The notes: generated by a model from the letters alone, not told the origin. 48,613 bases of DNA from an uncultured Thermodesulfatator sp. (GCA_964654865.1 CAZZLG010000027.1:1-48613), one strand, 5' to 3'. Positions 1 to 10,042 are shown, counted from the first letter of the stretch. Numbers and translations: made by a program.

Positions 1-1122
1 CAGGGTAAATGTAAGGGTTGTATTAATACCTTAGGAAAAAAGGATAGAAAAAAACTTCTATATTTATGGGAGTCAAATCCTTATAGAGATTCAAAAGTTA
101 TTTTAGAGTTAATTAAATCTCTTAAAATCAAAAATGGCAAATCTATTTATGTTGCTTTTTATGGAGGAGAACCTTTATTAGAGCTTGATAAAATTTTGAG
201 TGTAAAAAGGATTTTAGATAGTTATTATAATTTTAACTATATTATCTATACTAATGGATTATTATTAAAAAATCTTATAAAATTTAAGCAAGAACTCTCT
301 AATTTTAAGTTTATAATTGTTTCAATTGATGGAAGAGAAGAACAGCATAATATGGTTAGACCAAAAATTGAATATAAGAAAATTTATCATAATTTGAAGT
401 ATTTTAGAAAAAAATTTAATAAAACTTCTATAATAATGTGGTCAACCTTAAGAGAAGGTCAAAGGTTCAGAGATTGTGTGGAAGCTTTTTTAGAACTTTA
501 TAAAGAGGGGTTAGTAAATTACTTTTTCTGGCATTTTTTAGAAACAGAGGATCCTTTTATAGATTTTAAAAGGTTTTTTCAAATGTATAAGAGTGATCTA
601 AAATCTTTATTAGAACTTTATATTCATTATCTTAGGGTAGGGGAGGTCTTACCTATTTTACCTTTGAATGAGTTAATTTATTTCAATATAGTTCAAAAGA
701 AAAGAAAGACCACTGCTTGTAAAGTGGAACTTATGGAAAATTTTGATATTGTGAACGGAAAGGTAATGCCATGTATAGATCTACCTGTTAACTTTTATAT
801 CGCTGAATTTGATGAAAAAGATAATCTTACTTTTAAAAACAAAAAACTTATAAAAGCTTTTTTAAATAATTTAATGGAGTATAAAAGAATTTTAAACTGT
901 TTTAATTGTGAAGCTCATTATTATTGTGGAGGAAGATGTCCGGTACAAGCTATATCCTCTTTGGAAAGAACAAAAAATTACTGTGAGCTAACTAAACTAT
1001 TTGCGAGAGAAGTTGAAAGTCGTTTAGATAAGATAGAACCAATTATTAAACAAATATGCTCTTTAGAAAATTTCTACCTAAGGTTTGTTTTTCCTGTATA
1101 TTTTACTGATGTAGTTCCTTAA
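1..1122 (+). CDS. Radical SAM/SPASM-domain protein (AF0577-like), 5' end truncated by the window
   Basis: The frame is open from base 1 (QGKCKGCINT...), giving the tail of a CxxxCxxC motif, then FYGGEPLL, YTNG and VSIDG. C-terminal SPASM-type cysteines are present (C...GKVMPC; CFNCEAHYYCGGRC...YC). The ORF-track start at 196 is internal. Confidence 0.85.
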   Translation, partial: QGKCKGCINTLGKKDRKKLLYLWESNPYRDSKVILELIKSLKIKNGKSIYVAFYGGEPLLELDKILSVKRILDSYYNFNYIIYTNGLLLKNLIKFKQELSNFKFIIVSIDGREEQHNMVRPKIEYKKIYHNLKYFRKKFNKTSIIMWSTLREGQRFRDCVEAFLELYKEGLVNYFFWHFLETEDPFIDFKRFFQMYKSDLKSLLELYIHYLRVGEVLPILPLNELIYFNIVQKKRKTTACKVELMENFDIVNGKVMPCIDLPVNFYIAEFDEKDNLTFKNKKLIKAFLNNLMEYKRILNCFNCEAHYYCGGRCPVQAISSLERTKNYCELTKLFAREVESRLDKIEPIIKQICSLENFYLRFVFPVYFTDVVP

Positions 1123-1126
1123 TAAG

Positions 1127-1174
1127 ATTTATTCTTAAAATTGAAATTTAAGTTTCTGATTTTAAGTAATAAAT
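1127..1174. terminator. Imperfect AT-rich inverted repeat between convergent genes (possible bidirectional terminator)
   Basis: ATTTATT-CTTAAAAT pairs with ATTTTAAGTAATAAAT with one bulge. It lies between the rSAM and panE stop codons. Low GC makes it weak. Confidence 0.35.
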
Positions 1175-1185
1175 TTTGATTTGGT

Positions 1186-2136
1186 TCAATTTGCTGTTGA
1201 AAAGACTTTTTCCATCTGTTTTATCATGAAGGTGATGAACTTATTAATAGGAGCTTTTAATCCTTTTTGTTCAGCAAGATTAACTATAGCTCCATTTAAA
1301 GCGTCTATTTCGGTTGGCTTACCATTTTTAAGGTCATAATACATAGAGGGATAATGTCCTGCGGTTGGAGGTATAAGGGTTTGGTAAAAGTGAATTTTAT
1401 AAGCTTCTGAAGTTTCCCATCTAAGCTTAATTTCATAAACTTTTAAGGTTTCAAAAATTTCGTCTATGATTTTATCCATAAGAAACTTTGTTTCATAGTT
1501 TTCTGCAAGTTCTCCGTAAGTTCTCTCTAAAAGAGCTCCTAAGGGGTTTAAGGCAGAATTATATATTATTTTTTCCCAGAGTATAGTGTATACTTCATCA
1601 GATACTTTAGTAGGAATTCCTGCTTGGTTAAAAATTTCTGCAATGTTTTCTAAAGTTTTTTTAGAAATGGCATTTTCTGGTTGCCCAATAACTACGTCGT
1701 CTCCAAAAACAGTAACCTCAGTTAATCCTGGTTCTAAAAGTCTGGCTCCAAAGATTACTCTTGAAAGTATTATTTGATTTTTAGGTAAAACTTGAGTGGC
1801 TTTTTCATAATTTCCATAGCCATTTTGAGCTATTAAAAGAAAAGTTTTAGTTTGAATAAATTCTTTAATTTGAGAAATAGCCTTTTCTGTATCAAAAGCT
1901 TTCACCGTAAGTATTATCAAATCTAGATCAACCGATTTTAATTCTTCGGGTTTAGTAAAATATCCATCTATCTCTGTTTTTTTATTACCAAAAAGTCCTG
2001 TCATTTTAAGAGTTTTTCCTTTTAGTAATGGAAGGTGATTTTCTTTAACAAAAGCATACACTTGATGTCCTGCGCTTTTTAAAGACACAGCAAATACTGT
2101 ACCCAGAGCACCTAAGCCGAAAACAAGAGCTTTCAT
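1186..2136 (-). CDS. panE: 2-dehydropantoate 2-reductase (ApbA/PanE family)
   Basis: GLGALG Rossmann motif, TVKAFD, QNG, WEKxxxNxxxNP, PSMYYD and TEIDALNG motifs. Confidence 0.9.
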   Translation of the reverse strand: MKALVFGLGALGTVFAVSLKSAGHQVYAFVKENHLPLLKGKTLKMTGLFGNKKTEIDGYFTKPEELKSVDLDLIILTVKAFDTEKAISQIKEFIQTKTFLLIAQNGYGNYEKATQVLPKNQIILSRVIFGARLLEPGLTEVTVFGDDVVIGQPENAISKKTLENIAEIFNQAGIPTKVSDEVYTILWEKIIYNSALNPLGALLERTYGELAENYETKFLMDKIIDEIFETLKVYEIKLRWETSEAYKIHFYQTLIPPTAGHYPSMYYDLKNGKPTEIDALNGAIVNLAEQKGLKAPINKFITFMIKQMEKVFSTAN

Positions 2137-2209
2137 ATTTACTTTGGATCTTTTTGTTAAGTTTTGGTTAATTATAACATTTTTCTAAAATAAATGGAGT
2201 TTTAAATTA

Positions 2210-2237
2210 ACTTCCGATAATGTATATTATGTAAAAT
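2210..2237 (+). other. dif: dif site (XerC/XerD chromosome dimer resolution site)
   Basis: ACTTCCGATAA-TGTATA-TTATGTAAAAT has the 11-6-11 structure. Compare E. coli dif GGTGCGCATAA-TGTATA-TTATGTTAAAT and B. subtilis dif ACTTCCTAGAA-TATATA-TTATGTAAACT. It is intergenic. Confidence 0.9.
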
Positions 2238-2303
2238 AAATTGAAATTCTTTTTATGGTATGTTTTTATTCTTTGTTTTATTTGCTTTATTTAATGATTG
2301 TAA

Positions 2304-2333
2304 TCCGGACAGGAAAAAAACTTCCTGCCCGGA
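2304..2333 (-). terminator. GC-rich hairpin downstream of the glnA-gltB-like operon (likely intrinsic terminator)
   Basis: On the minus strand TCCGGGCAGGAA-GTTTTT-TTCCTGTCCGGA forms a 12-bp stem with one G-U pair, 12 nt after the stop codon. The U-tail is short. Confidence 0.65.
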
Positions 2334-2345
2334 AATTGAAAATAT

Positions 2346-3986
2346 TTAGAGCTCTAAAATTCTTTTTGCTAAATCATCTTCAGCTTCTGTAAGGAGTGGT
2401 AATCCTGTAACTTCAGCAGTTTCTTTATTTGCAGCTACAATGTCTGACCGTGAAATAGCAGAAAGACTGAATTTTCTTGCACCAGCCATAAGTTGCTGAA
2501 GTCCTGCAGATAATTTATCAATATAAGTATAAAGAGCAATAGCTCCAAAAGGTATATTTTTCATTTCTTTTTTCCCTACTTTCTTTTCTACTTCATGATA
2601 ACAAGCAAAAATTTCTTCATGAGTTTTACCTATTGCTGTAACTGAAGGTGGAAGTTCATCCCAGTTTCCGTTTACCACTTTTTTTCTCTCTGGTTTAAGT
2701 ACACCTTCAATATTAGCACCCAAATGGCAAGGAATAAGAAGTGCTCTTCCTAAGCAGATAAGTTTAACAAAGGGTGCCCCGAGAGCTAAAGCTTTAAATA
2801 TATGGTCTTCTCTTGCAAAGCCACCTCCAAAAGCCATATCAACAACTTTTCCTTTTTTAGAGGCAAGAATGGTAGCATATTCATAAGCTTTTGAATGTAG
2901 ATAAATAGATGGTATACCCCAGTGTTCCATCATATTCCAAGGGCTCATTCCTGTTCCACCACCTGCTCCGTCAATAGTCAAAAGATCAAGTTCAGCCTCA
3001 GTTGCTACTTTTATAGCAAGGGCAAGGGCTTCCATTCCATAAGCTCCTGTTTTCAAAGTAATTCTCTTAAATCCGAGCTTTCTCAATCTTTTTACCTCTT
3101 TATAAAAAAATTCCATAGCTTCTTCTGTTGTTCTAGCGTTAGTAAAACCAAGTCTACTATGTCTGGCAAAAGATTTTATAGTACCTCTTTTGAAAGCTTC
3201 CTGGACTTCAGGAAGTTCAGGATCTGGATCTATAATATAACCTCTTTTTTTAAGAAAGAGAGCATATTCAAGATCTTTTACTTGGATTTCACCACCTATA
3301 CTTTTAGCTCCTTGTCCCCATTTTAATTCCACAATAATTTCGTCTCCGTATTTTTCTATAACATATTCTGCTACTCCGTTTCTAGTATCTTCTACATTCA
3401 TTTGAAAAAGTATAGCACCGTATTTATCATAATATTTTTTGTAAATGTCTATTCTTCTTTCAAGTTCAGGAGCTTTTTTAATACGTCCATTTTCGAGTAT
3501 TGAATTTTTATCAACACCTACTACATTTTCTCCAATAACTACTGGAAAACCAGCTAATGCAGCTCCTATTGCTAAAGGTTCCCAATATTTAGCAGCAATA
3601 AAAGTAGAACCCAAAGCACCACTTATAATTGGCACTCTAAATTTAGTTTTTATTTTTGCCCCAAAGCTTCCTTCTATACTTACATTAGGAAAAACACAGT
3701 CATCAGAAGAATTTGTTAGTCCTTTAGGTAATCCTTGAGCACCATAAAGTCTTCCTACAATTCTTATAGAATTATAGGAGACTCCAATATGAAAGGTATT
3801 AGAGCTTCCAGCTGTTACTTTTCCAAAATCACGTGGATAAAGGAGTTTTCTGCCTATTAAACTTGCCATCCATACTTCGCACTTCCCTTTACAGTCACAT
3901 CTACAAAGGGTACAAAGACCAGATTCTGCAGGGTTACCGCGATTAGATGTACCAAGCACATCATTTGTTTTAGGTCTTTCAAACAT
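2346..3986 (-). CDS. Stand-alone FMN-binding glutamate synthase family protein with N-terminal Cys cluster
   Basis: ELKWGQGAKSIGGE, TIDGAGGGTG, GGF...FKALALGA...GRA motifs; N-terminal CTLCRCDCKGKC; SD GGAGGTGA upstream. Confidence 0.85.
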   Translation of the reverse strand: MFERPKTNDVLGTSNRGNPAESGLCTLCRCDCKGKCEVWMASLIGRKLLYPRDFGKVTAGSSNTFHIGVSYNSIRIVGRLYGAQGLPKGLTNSSDDCVFPNVSIEGSFGAKIKTKFRVPIISGALGSTFIAAKYWEPLAIGAALAGFPVVIGENVVGVDKNSILENGRIKKAPELERRIDIYKKYYDKYGAILFQMNVEDTRNGVAEYVIEKYGDEIIVELKWGQGAKSIGGEIQVKDLEYALFLKKRGYIIDPDPELPEVQEAFKRGTIKSFARHSRLGFTNARTTEEAMEFFYKEVKRLRKLGFKRITLKTGAYGMEALALAIKVATEAELDLLTIDGAGGGTGMSPWNMMEHWGIPSIYLHSKAYEYATILASKKGKVVDMAFGGGFAREDHIFKALALGAPFVKLICLGRALLIPCHLGANIEGVLKPERKKVVNGNWDELPPSVTAIGKTHEEIFACYHEVEKKVGKKEMKNIPFGAIALYTYIDKLSAGLQQLMAGARKFSLSAISRSDIVAANKETAEVTGLPLLTEAEDDLAKRILEL

Positions 3987-4040
3987 ACCCTCACCTCCCT
4001 TTTCTAAGTATTATTTTTTAAGATAAAATAATTAAATAAA

Positions 4041-5372
4041 TTATAAAATAGGAAGATATCTTTCTAATTCAAAAGGTGTAATTTTAGCTCTAAACATCTC
4101 CCATTCAAGTTTTTTGTTTTGAATAAGAAAGTTTAAAATTCTTTCTCCTAATATTTCTTTAAGAATTGCACTTTTTTCAGCTATTTCAATAGCTTCTATC
4201 AAACTTCCAGGAAGATTTTCAATATTTAAAGCCCTTTTTTCTTCCTCAGAAAGAAGATAAACATCTTTCTCTATTGGGTCTCTTAAAGGATATTTATTTT
4301 TAATTCCTTCTAAGCCAGCTCCTAACATACAAGCAAAAGCTAAATAAGGATTGCAGGCTGGATCAGGACTTCTTAACTCAATACGCATAGATTTTTCTTT
4401 GCCAGGTTTATACATAGGAACTCTAATAAGAGATGAACGATTTTTGTGTCCCCAACAAATATTTACAGGGGCTTCATACCCAGGAACAAGTCTTTTATAA
4501 GAATTGACCCATTGATTAAGTACAATAGTGATTTCTTTTATATGTCTTAGTAATCCTTCAATATAGTATTTAGCTGTTTGAGAAAGACGAAAAGGATCTT
4601 GAGAATCAAAAAAGGCATTCCTTTCACCTATAAAAAGACTTTGATGAGTATGCATTCCTGAACCATTTACACCATAAATAGGTTTTGGAATAAAAGTAGC
4701 GTATATACCATTTCTTTTAGCTACCTCTTTAATAATTGCTTTTACTGTTATAACAATGTCTGCCATACGAAGAGCCTCAGCATACCGTAAGTCTATTTCA
4801 TGCTGAGAAGGGGCAACTTCATGATGAGAATATTCTACCTTAATATTCATAGCTTCTAAAGCTAAAATTACTTCTTTTCTAAAATTTTCAGCTATATCTA
4901 ATGAATAATCAAAATAACCTGCTTCGTCTAAAATTTCAGGAGATTTATTGTTTTTAAATATAAAAAACTCAAGCTCAGGTCCTACATAAAAAGTGTAACC
5001 CATTTTTTTAGCCTTTTCTAAATTTTGTTTAAGCACATATCTGGGATCACCAGAATAAGGTGTTAAATCCGGAAGATATATATCAGCAAACATACAGGCA
5101 ATTTTATATCCTTTGTAGTCCCAGGGTAAAATTGCAAAAGTAGAAGGATCCGGAAAAGCGAGCATATCTGATTCTTCTATACGAGCAAAACCTTCAATAG
5201 AGGATCCATCAAAACCCATACCTTCCTCAAAAGCTGTTTCTAATTCATCTACAATTAATTCAAGGCTTTTTAACTGTCCAATAACATCTGTAAACCATAA
5301 CATTACAAATTTTACGTTATTTGCTTTAACAATTTCCATAACATCCTTTTTGTCTCTAATTTGCCCTTCCAT
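4041..5372 (-). CDS. glnA: Glutamine synthetase type I
   Basis: FDGSSIEGF, GPELEFF, HHEVAPSQHE, NGSGMHTHQS, NSYKRLVPGYEAP and RIELRSPDPACNPY motifs; 443 aa. Confidence 0.96.
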   Translation of the reverse strand: MEGQIRDKKDVMEIVKANNVKFVMLWFTDVIGQLKSLELIVDELETAFEEGMGFDGSSIEGFARIEESDMLAFPDPSTFAILPWDYKGYKIACMFADIYLPDLTPYSGDPRYVLKQNLEKAKKMGYTFYVGPELEFFIFKNNKSPEILDEAGYFDYSLDIAENFRKEVILALEAMNIKVEYSHHEVAPSQHEIDLRYAEALRMADIVITVKAIIKEVAKRNGIYATFIPKPIYGVNGSGMHTHQSLFIGERNAFFDSQDPFRLSQTAKYYIEGLLRHIKEITIVLNQWVNSYKRLVPGYEAPVNICWGHKNRSSLIRVPMYKPGKEKSMRIELRSPDPACNPYLAFACMLGAGLEGIKNKYPLRDPIEKDVYLLSEEEKRALNIENLPGSLIEAIEIAEKSAILKEILGERILNFLIQNKKLEWEMFRAKITPFELERYLPIL

Positions 5373-5435
5373 AAATTATTCCCCCTACCCTAAAAGTTTT
5401 AAAAATTTTAACACCAATTAATAAAAATAAAAAGC

Positions 5436-5463
5436 TTGCAATAAAATTTTTAAAATTTAAAAT
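5436..5463 (+). promoter_or_regulatory. Putative sigma70 promoter for nadE
   Basis: TTGCAA (5436-5441) - 16 nt - TAAAAT (5458-5463). Confidence 0.5.
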
Positions 5464-5480
5464 ACTTCAAGAGAGAAATT

Positions 5481-6245
5481 ATGCGAGAACTTGATTATAA
5501 TTTTACAATTGAAAAAATCGTTAATTTTATAAGGAAAAAGATAAAAGAAAGTAAAGCTAAGGGAGTTGTTTTAGGAGTTAGTGGTGGAATTGATAGTACA
5601 ACAGCTTCTTATCTTGCTGTCAAATCCTTAGGTAAAGAAAAAGTTTTAGGAGTAATAATGCCCTATTATCAAAATCAAGAGTTGGAAGATGCAATTTTTG
5701 TATGCAAAAATTTAGGCATTAATTATAAGATAATAAGTATCAAAGAAATAGTTGATAAATTTGAAGAAGCTTTAGGGTTTGAAATAGATAAAGTAACAAA
5801 AGGGAATTTAATGGTTAGAAGTAGAATGGTCATTCTTTATGGAATTGCTAATGCAAGAAAGTATTTAGTTTTAGGAACTTCAAATAAAACCGAATTCTTA
5901 GTAGGATATTTTACTAAATGGGGTGATGGAGCAAGCGATATAGCTCCACTTTTGAGTCTATATAAAACAGAAGTTAAGAAAGTAGCTAAAATGTTGGGAG
6001 TTCCTGAAAAAATTATTTTAAAAAAACCAACTGCAGGTTTATGGGAAGGACAAACAGATGAGGATGAATTAGGAATAGAGTATGATCTTCTTGATAAAAT
6101 CCTTTATAGATTGGTAGAATTAAAAATGAAAAAAGAAAAGATAGCAGAAAGTTTAAATATACCTTTAGAGAGAGTTCTATATGTAGAAAAGTTAATTGAA
6201 AAAAGTAACCATAAACGGAAACTTCCACCCTTCCCTAAACTTTAA
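5481..6245 (+). CDS. nadE: NH3-dependent NAD+ synthetase
   Basis: SGGIDS PP-loop, [16 protein letters not shown] and [12 protein letters not shown] motifs; no glutaminase domain. Confidence 0.95.
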   Translation: MRELDYNFTIEKIVNFIRKKIKESKAKGVVLGVSGGIDSTTASYLAVKSLGKEKVLGVIMPYYQNQELEDAIFVCKNLGINYKIISIKEIVDKFEEALGFEIDKVTKGNLMVRSRMVILYGIANARKYLVLGTSNKTEFLVGYFTKWGDGASDIAPLLSLYKTEVKKVAKMLGVPEKIILKKPTAGLWEGQTDEDELGIEYDLLDKILYRLVELKMKKEKIAESLNIPLERVLYVEKLIEKSNHKRKLPPFPKL

Positions 6246-6309
6246 AATTTTTTACTCCTCTTTCCAAGAAATTGCTACTACAAGACAGTTATTTATAGCT
6301 TCTTCACAA
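6246..6309 (-). repeat. Degenerate duplicate of the ferredoxin gene 3' end (direct repeat with 9314-9377)
   Basis: 58 of 64 nt identical to 9314-9377 by manual alignment. Translates on the minus strand to CEEAINNCLVVAISWKEE* versus [18 protein letters not shown] in the intact gene. Confidence 0.9.
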
Positions 6310-6440
6310 ATTCTATATCCTACTTATTTTCCAAATAAAATAAAAATTATCTATTTAATATTCTTGATTTATAAATAGAGTTTTGTTAAAATTGGTTACA
6401 ATTTTTTTATTAACACCAAACTTTAAAAGTGAGGTGGAAT

Positions 6441-7751
6441 ATGTTTTTAAACATACTTTTAACTATTTTATTTTTTCTTTCCTGTTTGGTAGTAAAAGCT
6501 TATGGAGCTGGTATTGCTATTTATGAACAAGGGGTAAGCGGTCTTGGGAATGCCTATGCAGGAGCTGCAGCTTCTGCTGAAGACGGAAGCACCATTTTTT
6601 ATAATCCTGCAGGCTTAACTAAACTTGTTAAACCAGAGGTGTCTCTTGGGAGTCATGTAATTATCCCTAACGCTCATTTTAAAAATACAGGCTCAATAGG
6701 ATATAACCCTATTACCGGACTCACCTACCCTCTTGCCGGAAATAACGGAGGTGATGCAGGGGTAACAGCAGTAGTGCCAAATTTTTATGTTTCAACTCCA
6801 TTAAATGAGCGTTTAGTGTTAGGTTTAGGAATTAACTCTCCTTTTGGGCTTCAGACTGAATATGATAAAAACTGGGTAGGTCGTTATCATGCCATAAAAT
6901 CTAAACTTATAACCATAAACCTTAATCCAACTATTGCTTATAAAGTAACTCCCAAATTTAGTTTAGGCTTAGGAATAAACTTTCAGTGGGCAGAGGCAGA
7001 ATTAACTAATGCTTTAAACCCTATTGCTTTTGTTAGATTTGGAGATATTACTACTCAAGATGGGTTTGCTAAGTTAAAAGGTGATGACTGGTCCTTCAAT
7101 TGGAATGCAGGTCTTCTTTATGAGCTTTCGGAGAAAACTAGATTTGGTCTTTCTTACCGAGCTAAACTAACCCACGTTTTTAGAGGCGAGGTTAATTTTT
7201 CAAACATCCCTTCTAATTCAACAAATGTCTTTAAAAAAGATGATGCTAAGGCAAGACTTAACCTTCCTCCAATGCTCTCTTTTAGCGGTTTACATAAAAT
7301 AAATAAAAAATGGACTATCCTTGCAGATGTTACCTGGACTGGCTGGAGTAGGTTTGAAGAACTAAGGATTAAATATAATACTCTTATTATAGGTGATACA
7401 GTTATTACTACTAAATGGGAAGATGCTTTCCGTTACTCCCTTGGACTCACTTATCAACCTAATTCCAAATGGACTTTTCGCACAGGTATAGCCTATGATG
7501 AGACCCCTATCTCTTCTGACAAATATAGAACCCCAAGAATACCAGATACTGATAGATTTTGGATAGCTTTAGGATTAGGTTATAACTTTTCTGAAAATGC
7601 AAAATTTGATTTAGGTTATGTGCACATTTTTTTTAAAAAATCTCATATAGACAAAGACCCGGTGGGAGAAGACCTTTTAAGAGGTGGATTGAAAGGTTAT
7701 TACCGCGGACATGTTGATATAATAAGTGCGCAGCTTCGTTATAACTTTTAA
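6441..7751 (+). CDS. fadL: FadL/OmpP1/TodX-family outer-membrane hydrophobic-substrate transporter
   Basis: Signal peptide, GxAYAG...DxSxxFYNPAG hatch motif, PFGLxTEY, WSRF, RIPDTDRFW and C-terminal Phe. Start placed at ATG 6441 behind SD GAGGTGG rather than GTG 6429. Confidence 0.9.
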   Translation: MFLNILLTILFFLSCLVVKAYGAGIAIYEQGVSGLGNAYAGAAASAEDGSTIFYNPAGLTKLVKPEVSLGSHVIIPNAHFKNTGSIGYNPITGLTYPLAGNNGGDAGVTAVVPNFYVSTPLNERLVLGLGINSPFGLQTEYDKNWVGRYHAIKSKLITINLNPTIAYKVTPKFSLGLGINFQWAEAELTNALNPIAFVRFGDITTQDGFAKLKGDDWSFNWNAGLLYELSEKTRFGLSYRAKLTHVFRGEVNFSNIPSNSTNVFKKDDAKARLNLPPMLSFSGLHKINKKWTILADVTWTGWSRFEELRIKYNTLIIGDTVITTKWEDAFRYSLGLTYQPNSKWTFRTGIAYDETPISSDKYRTPRIPDTDRFWIALGLGYNFSENAKFDLGYVHIFFKKSHIDKDPVGEDLLRGGLKGYYRGHVDIISAQLRYNF

Positions 7752-7767
7752 ATAGAGTTAAGAGAAA

Positions 7768-9294
7768 ATGCAACTTCATGAGAAATTTATTTATACTGCT
7801 AAAACCTATTCTAATAAAATAGCTATTGTAGATAGACTGGTTGAAAAAAGGTTTACTTATCAGCAAACCTTAATTGCAAGTCTTATTTTTTCTCGAAAAA
7901 TAAAAAGATTTAAAGAACGGTTAATAGGGATTATGCTTCCAAACTCTGCTGTTGCTGTCTTTACTGTTATAGGTACTCTTATGGCAGGAAAAATTCCTGT
8001 GATGCTTAACTACTCTACCGGAGCTGAGCATAATATAAAATACGCGAGGGAAAAGTGTAATTTTCACACTGTGATTACTTCTCAAAAATTGCTTGAAAGG
8101 ATAAACTGTCCAATATTAGAGAACATGGCCTTTGTAGAAAAATGGATAGAAGAGATAGATCTAAAAGAAAAAATTATAGCTTCGGCTATCTCGAAACTTC
8201 CATTAAAATTTTTAATGAACTATTGTGGCGTTGACGGAGATTCTGAAAAAACAGCAGTTATCTTGTTTACCAGCGGAACCGAAAAAGATCCTAAGGCAGT
8301 GGAATTAAGTCACAAAAATATCCTTAGTAACATAGAGGGTTTTAGCCAAATGGCTAAACTTACTGAAAAAGATATTATCATGTCTATTTTACCCTATTTT
8401 CATGTGTTTGGGATTACAGTAAACCTATGGACTCCACTTTATCACGGTATGACCTTAATTACTTATCCAACACCGCTTGATTACCAAAAAATCTGTCAGA
8501 TTGTCAAAGAAGAGAAACCTACGCTTATGGCAGCTACCCCTAGTTTTTGGTGGGGCTATCTTAGAAAATCAGAACCAGGAACCTTTGACAGCTTAAGGCT
8601 TATGATAAGTGGTGCAGATAAATGTCCCCAAACTCTTAGAGATGCCTTTTGGGAAAAACACAAGAAACTTCTTTTAGAAGGGTATGGAACCACTGAAACC
8701 TCTCCTGCTATTTCAGCTAACATGCCTGATGCTTACAAACCTGGAAGTGTAGGGAAACCTCTCCCTAACCTTGAAGTGATGATAGAAAACTACGAAACTG
8801 GAGAAAGGTGTGGTCCTAATGAGGTAGGAAGGATATTAGTAAGGGGTCCTAATGTAATGAAAGGTTATTTTAATGACTTAGAAGAAACCTCTATGAGAAT
8901 AAGACATGGATGGTATGACACGGGGGATATGGGATACTTAGACGAAGATGGATACTTATGGCATGTAGGAAGGCTTAAAAGATTTGTCAAAATAGGTGGA
9001 GAAATGATTTCTTTAGTAAAGGTGGAAGACGAGTTAGAAAAAGTTTTACCTAAGGATGTAGAATGTTGCGTGGTAGAAGTACCCGATGAAGTCAAAGGAG
9101 CTAAAATCGTTGCCGTAGTAAGCCAAAAAGTAGATGAAAAAACAGTTTTAAAACAGCTTGCAAAGGTTCTTCCTAACTTGGCTATCCCTAAGCACTTCGT
9201 AGTGATGGAAGAACTTCCTAAGATGGGAAGCGGAAAGATAGATTTTAGGAAAGTTCAAGAGCTGGTAATAGAAAAACTAAACTTTAAAAACTAA
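7768..9294 (+). CDS. AMP-dependent acyl-ACP/acyl-CoA synthetase (Aas C-terminal-domain-like)
   Basis: LFTSGTEKDPK, EGYGTTE, WYDTGD, GRLKRFVKIGGEMISL and GSGKIDF motifs characteristic of the Aas synthetase domain; no acyltransferase domain. Confidence 0.88.
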   Translation: MQLHEKFIYTAKTYSNKIAIVDRLVEKRFTYQQTLIASLIFSRKIKRFKERLIGIMLPNSAVAVFTVIGTLMAGKIPVMLNYSTGAEHNIKYAREKCNFHTVITSQKLLERINCPILENMAFVEKWIEEIDLKEKIIASAISKLPLKFLMNYCGVDGDSEKTAVILFTSGTEKDPKAVELSHKNILSNIEGFSQMAKLTEKDIIMSILPYFHVFGITVNLWTPLYHGMTLITYPTPLDYQKICQIVKEEKPTLMAATPSFWWGYLRKSEPGTFDSLRLMISGADKCPQTLRDAFWEKHKKLLLEGYGTTETSPAISANMPDAYKPGSVGKPLPNLEVMIENYETGERCGPNEVGRILVRGPNVMKGYFNDLEETSMRIRHGWYDTGDMGYLDEDGYLWHVGRLKRFVKIGGEMISLVKVEDELEKVLPKDVECCVVEVPDEVKGAKIVAVVSQKVDEKTVLKQLAKVLPNLAIPKHFVVMEELPKMGSGKIDFRKVQELVIEKLNFKN

Positions 9295-9319
9295 TTTTTC
9301 ACTACATTTTTGGAATTTT

Positions 9320-10025
<706 letters not shown>

Positions 10026-10042
10026 TTTTAAGTGCTTTTTAA

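Noticed and set aside
2210-2237. dif site as the boundary of an integrated Xer-dependent phage or pdif module
   Set aside because: I saw no second dif-like copy, phage genes or replication genes nearby; flanking genes are housekeeping.
2346-5372. Reading glnA + gltB-like as the methylamine (gamma-glutamylmethylamide/N-methylglutamate) pathway
   Set aside because: The other N-methylglutamate synthase subunits and the dehydrogenase genes are absent, and GlnA has ordinary GSI motifs.
6196-6378. 60-aa plus-strand ORF after nadE
   Set aside because: It overlaps the nadE end and runs antisense across the ferredoxin remnant; no start context or family signal.
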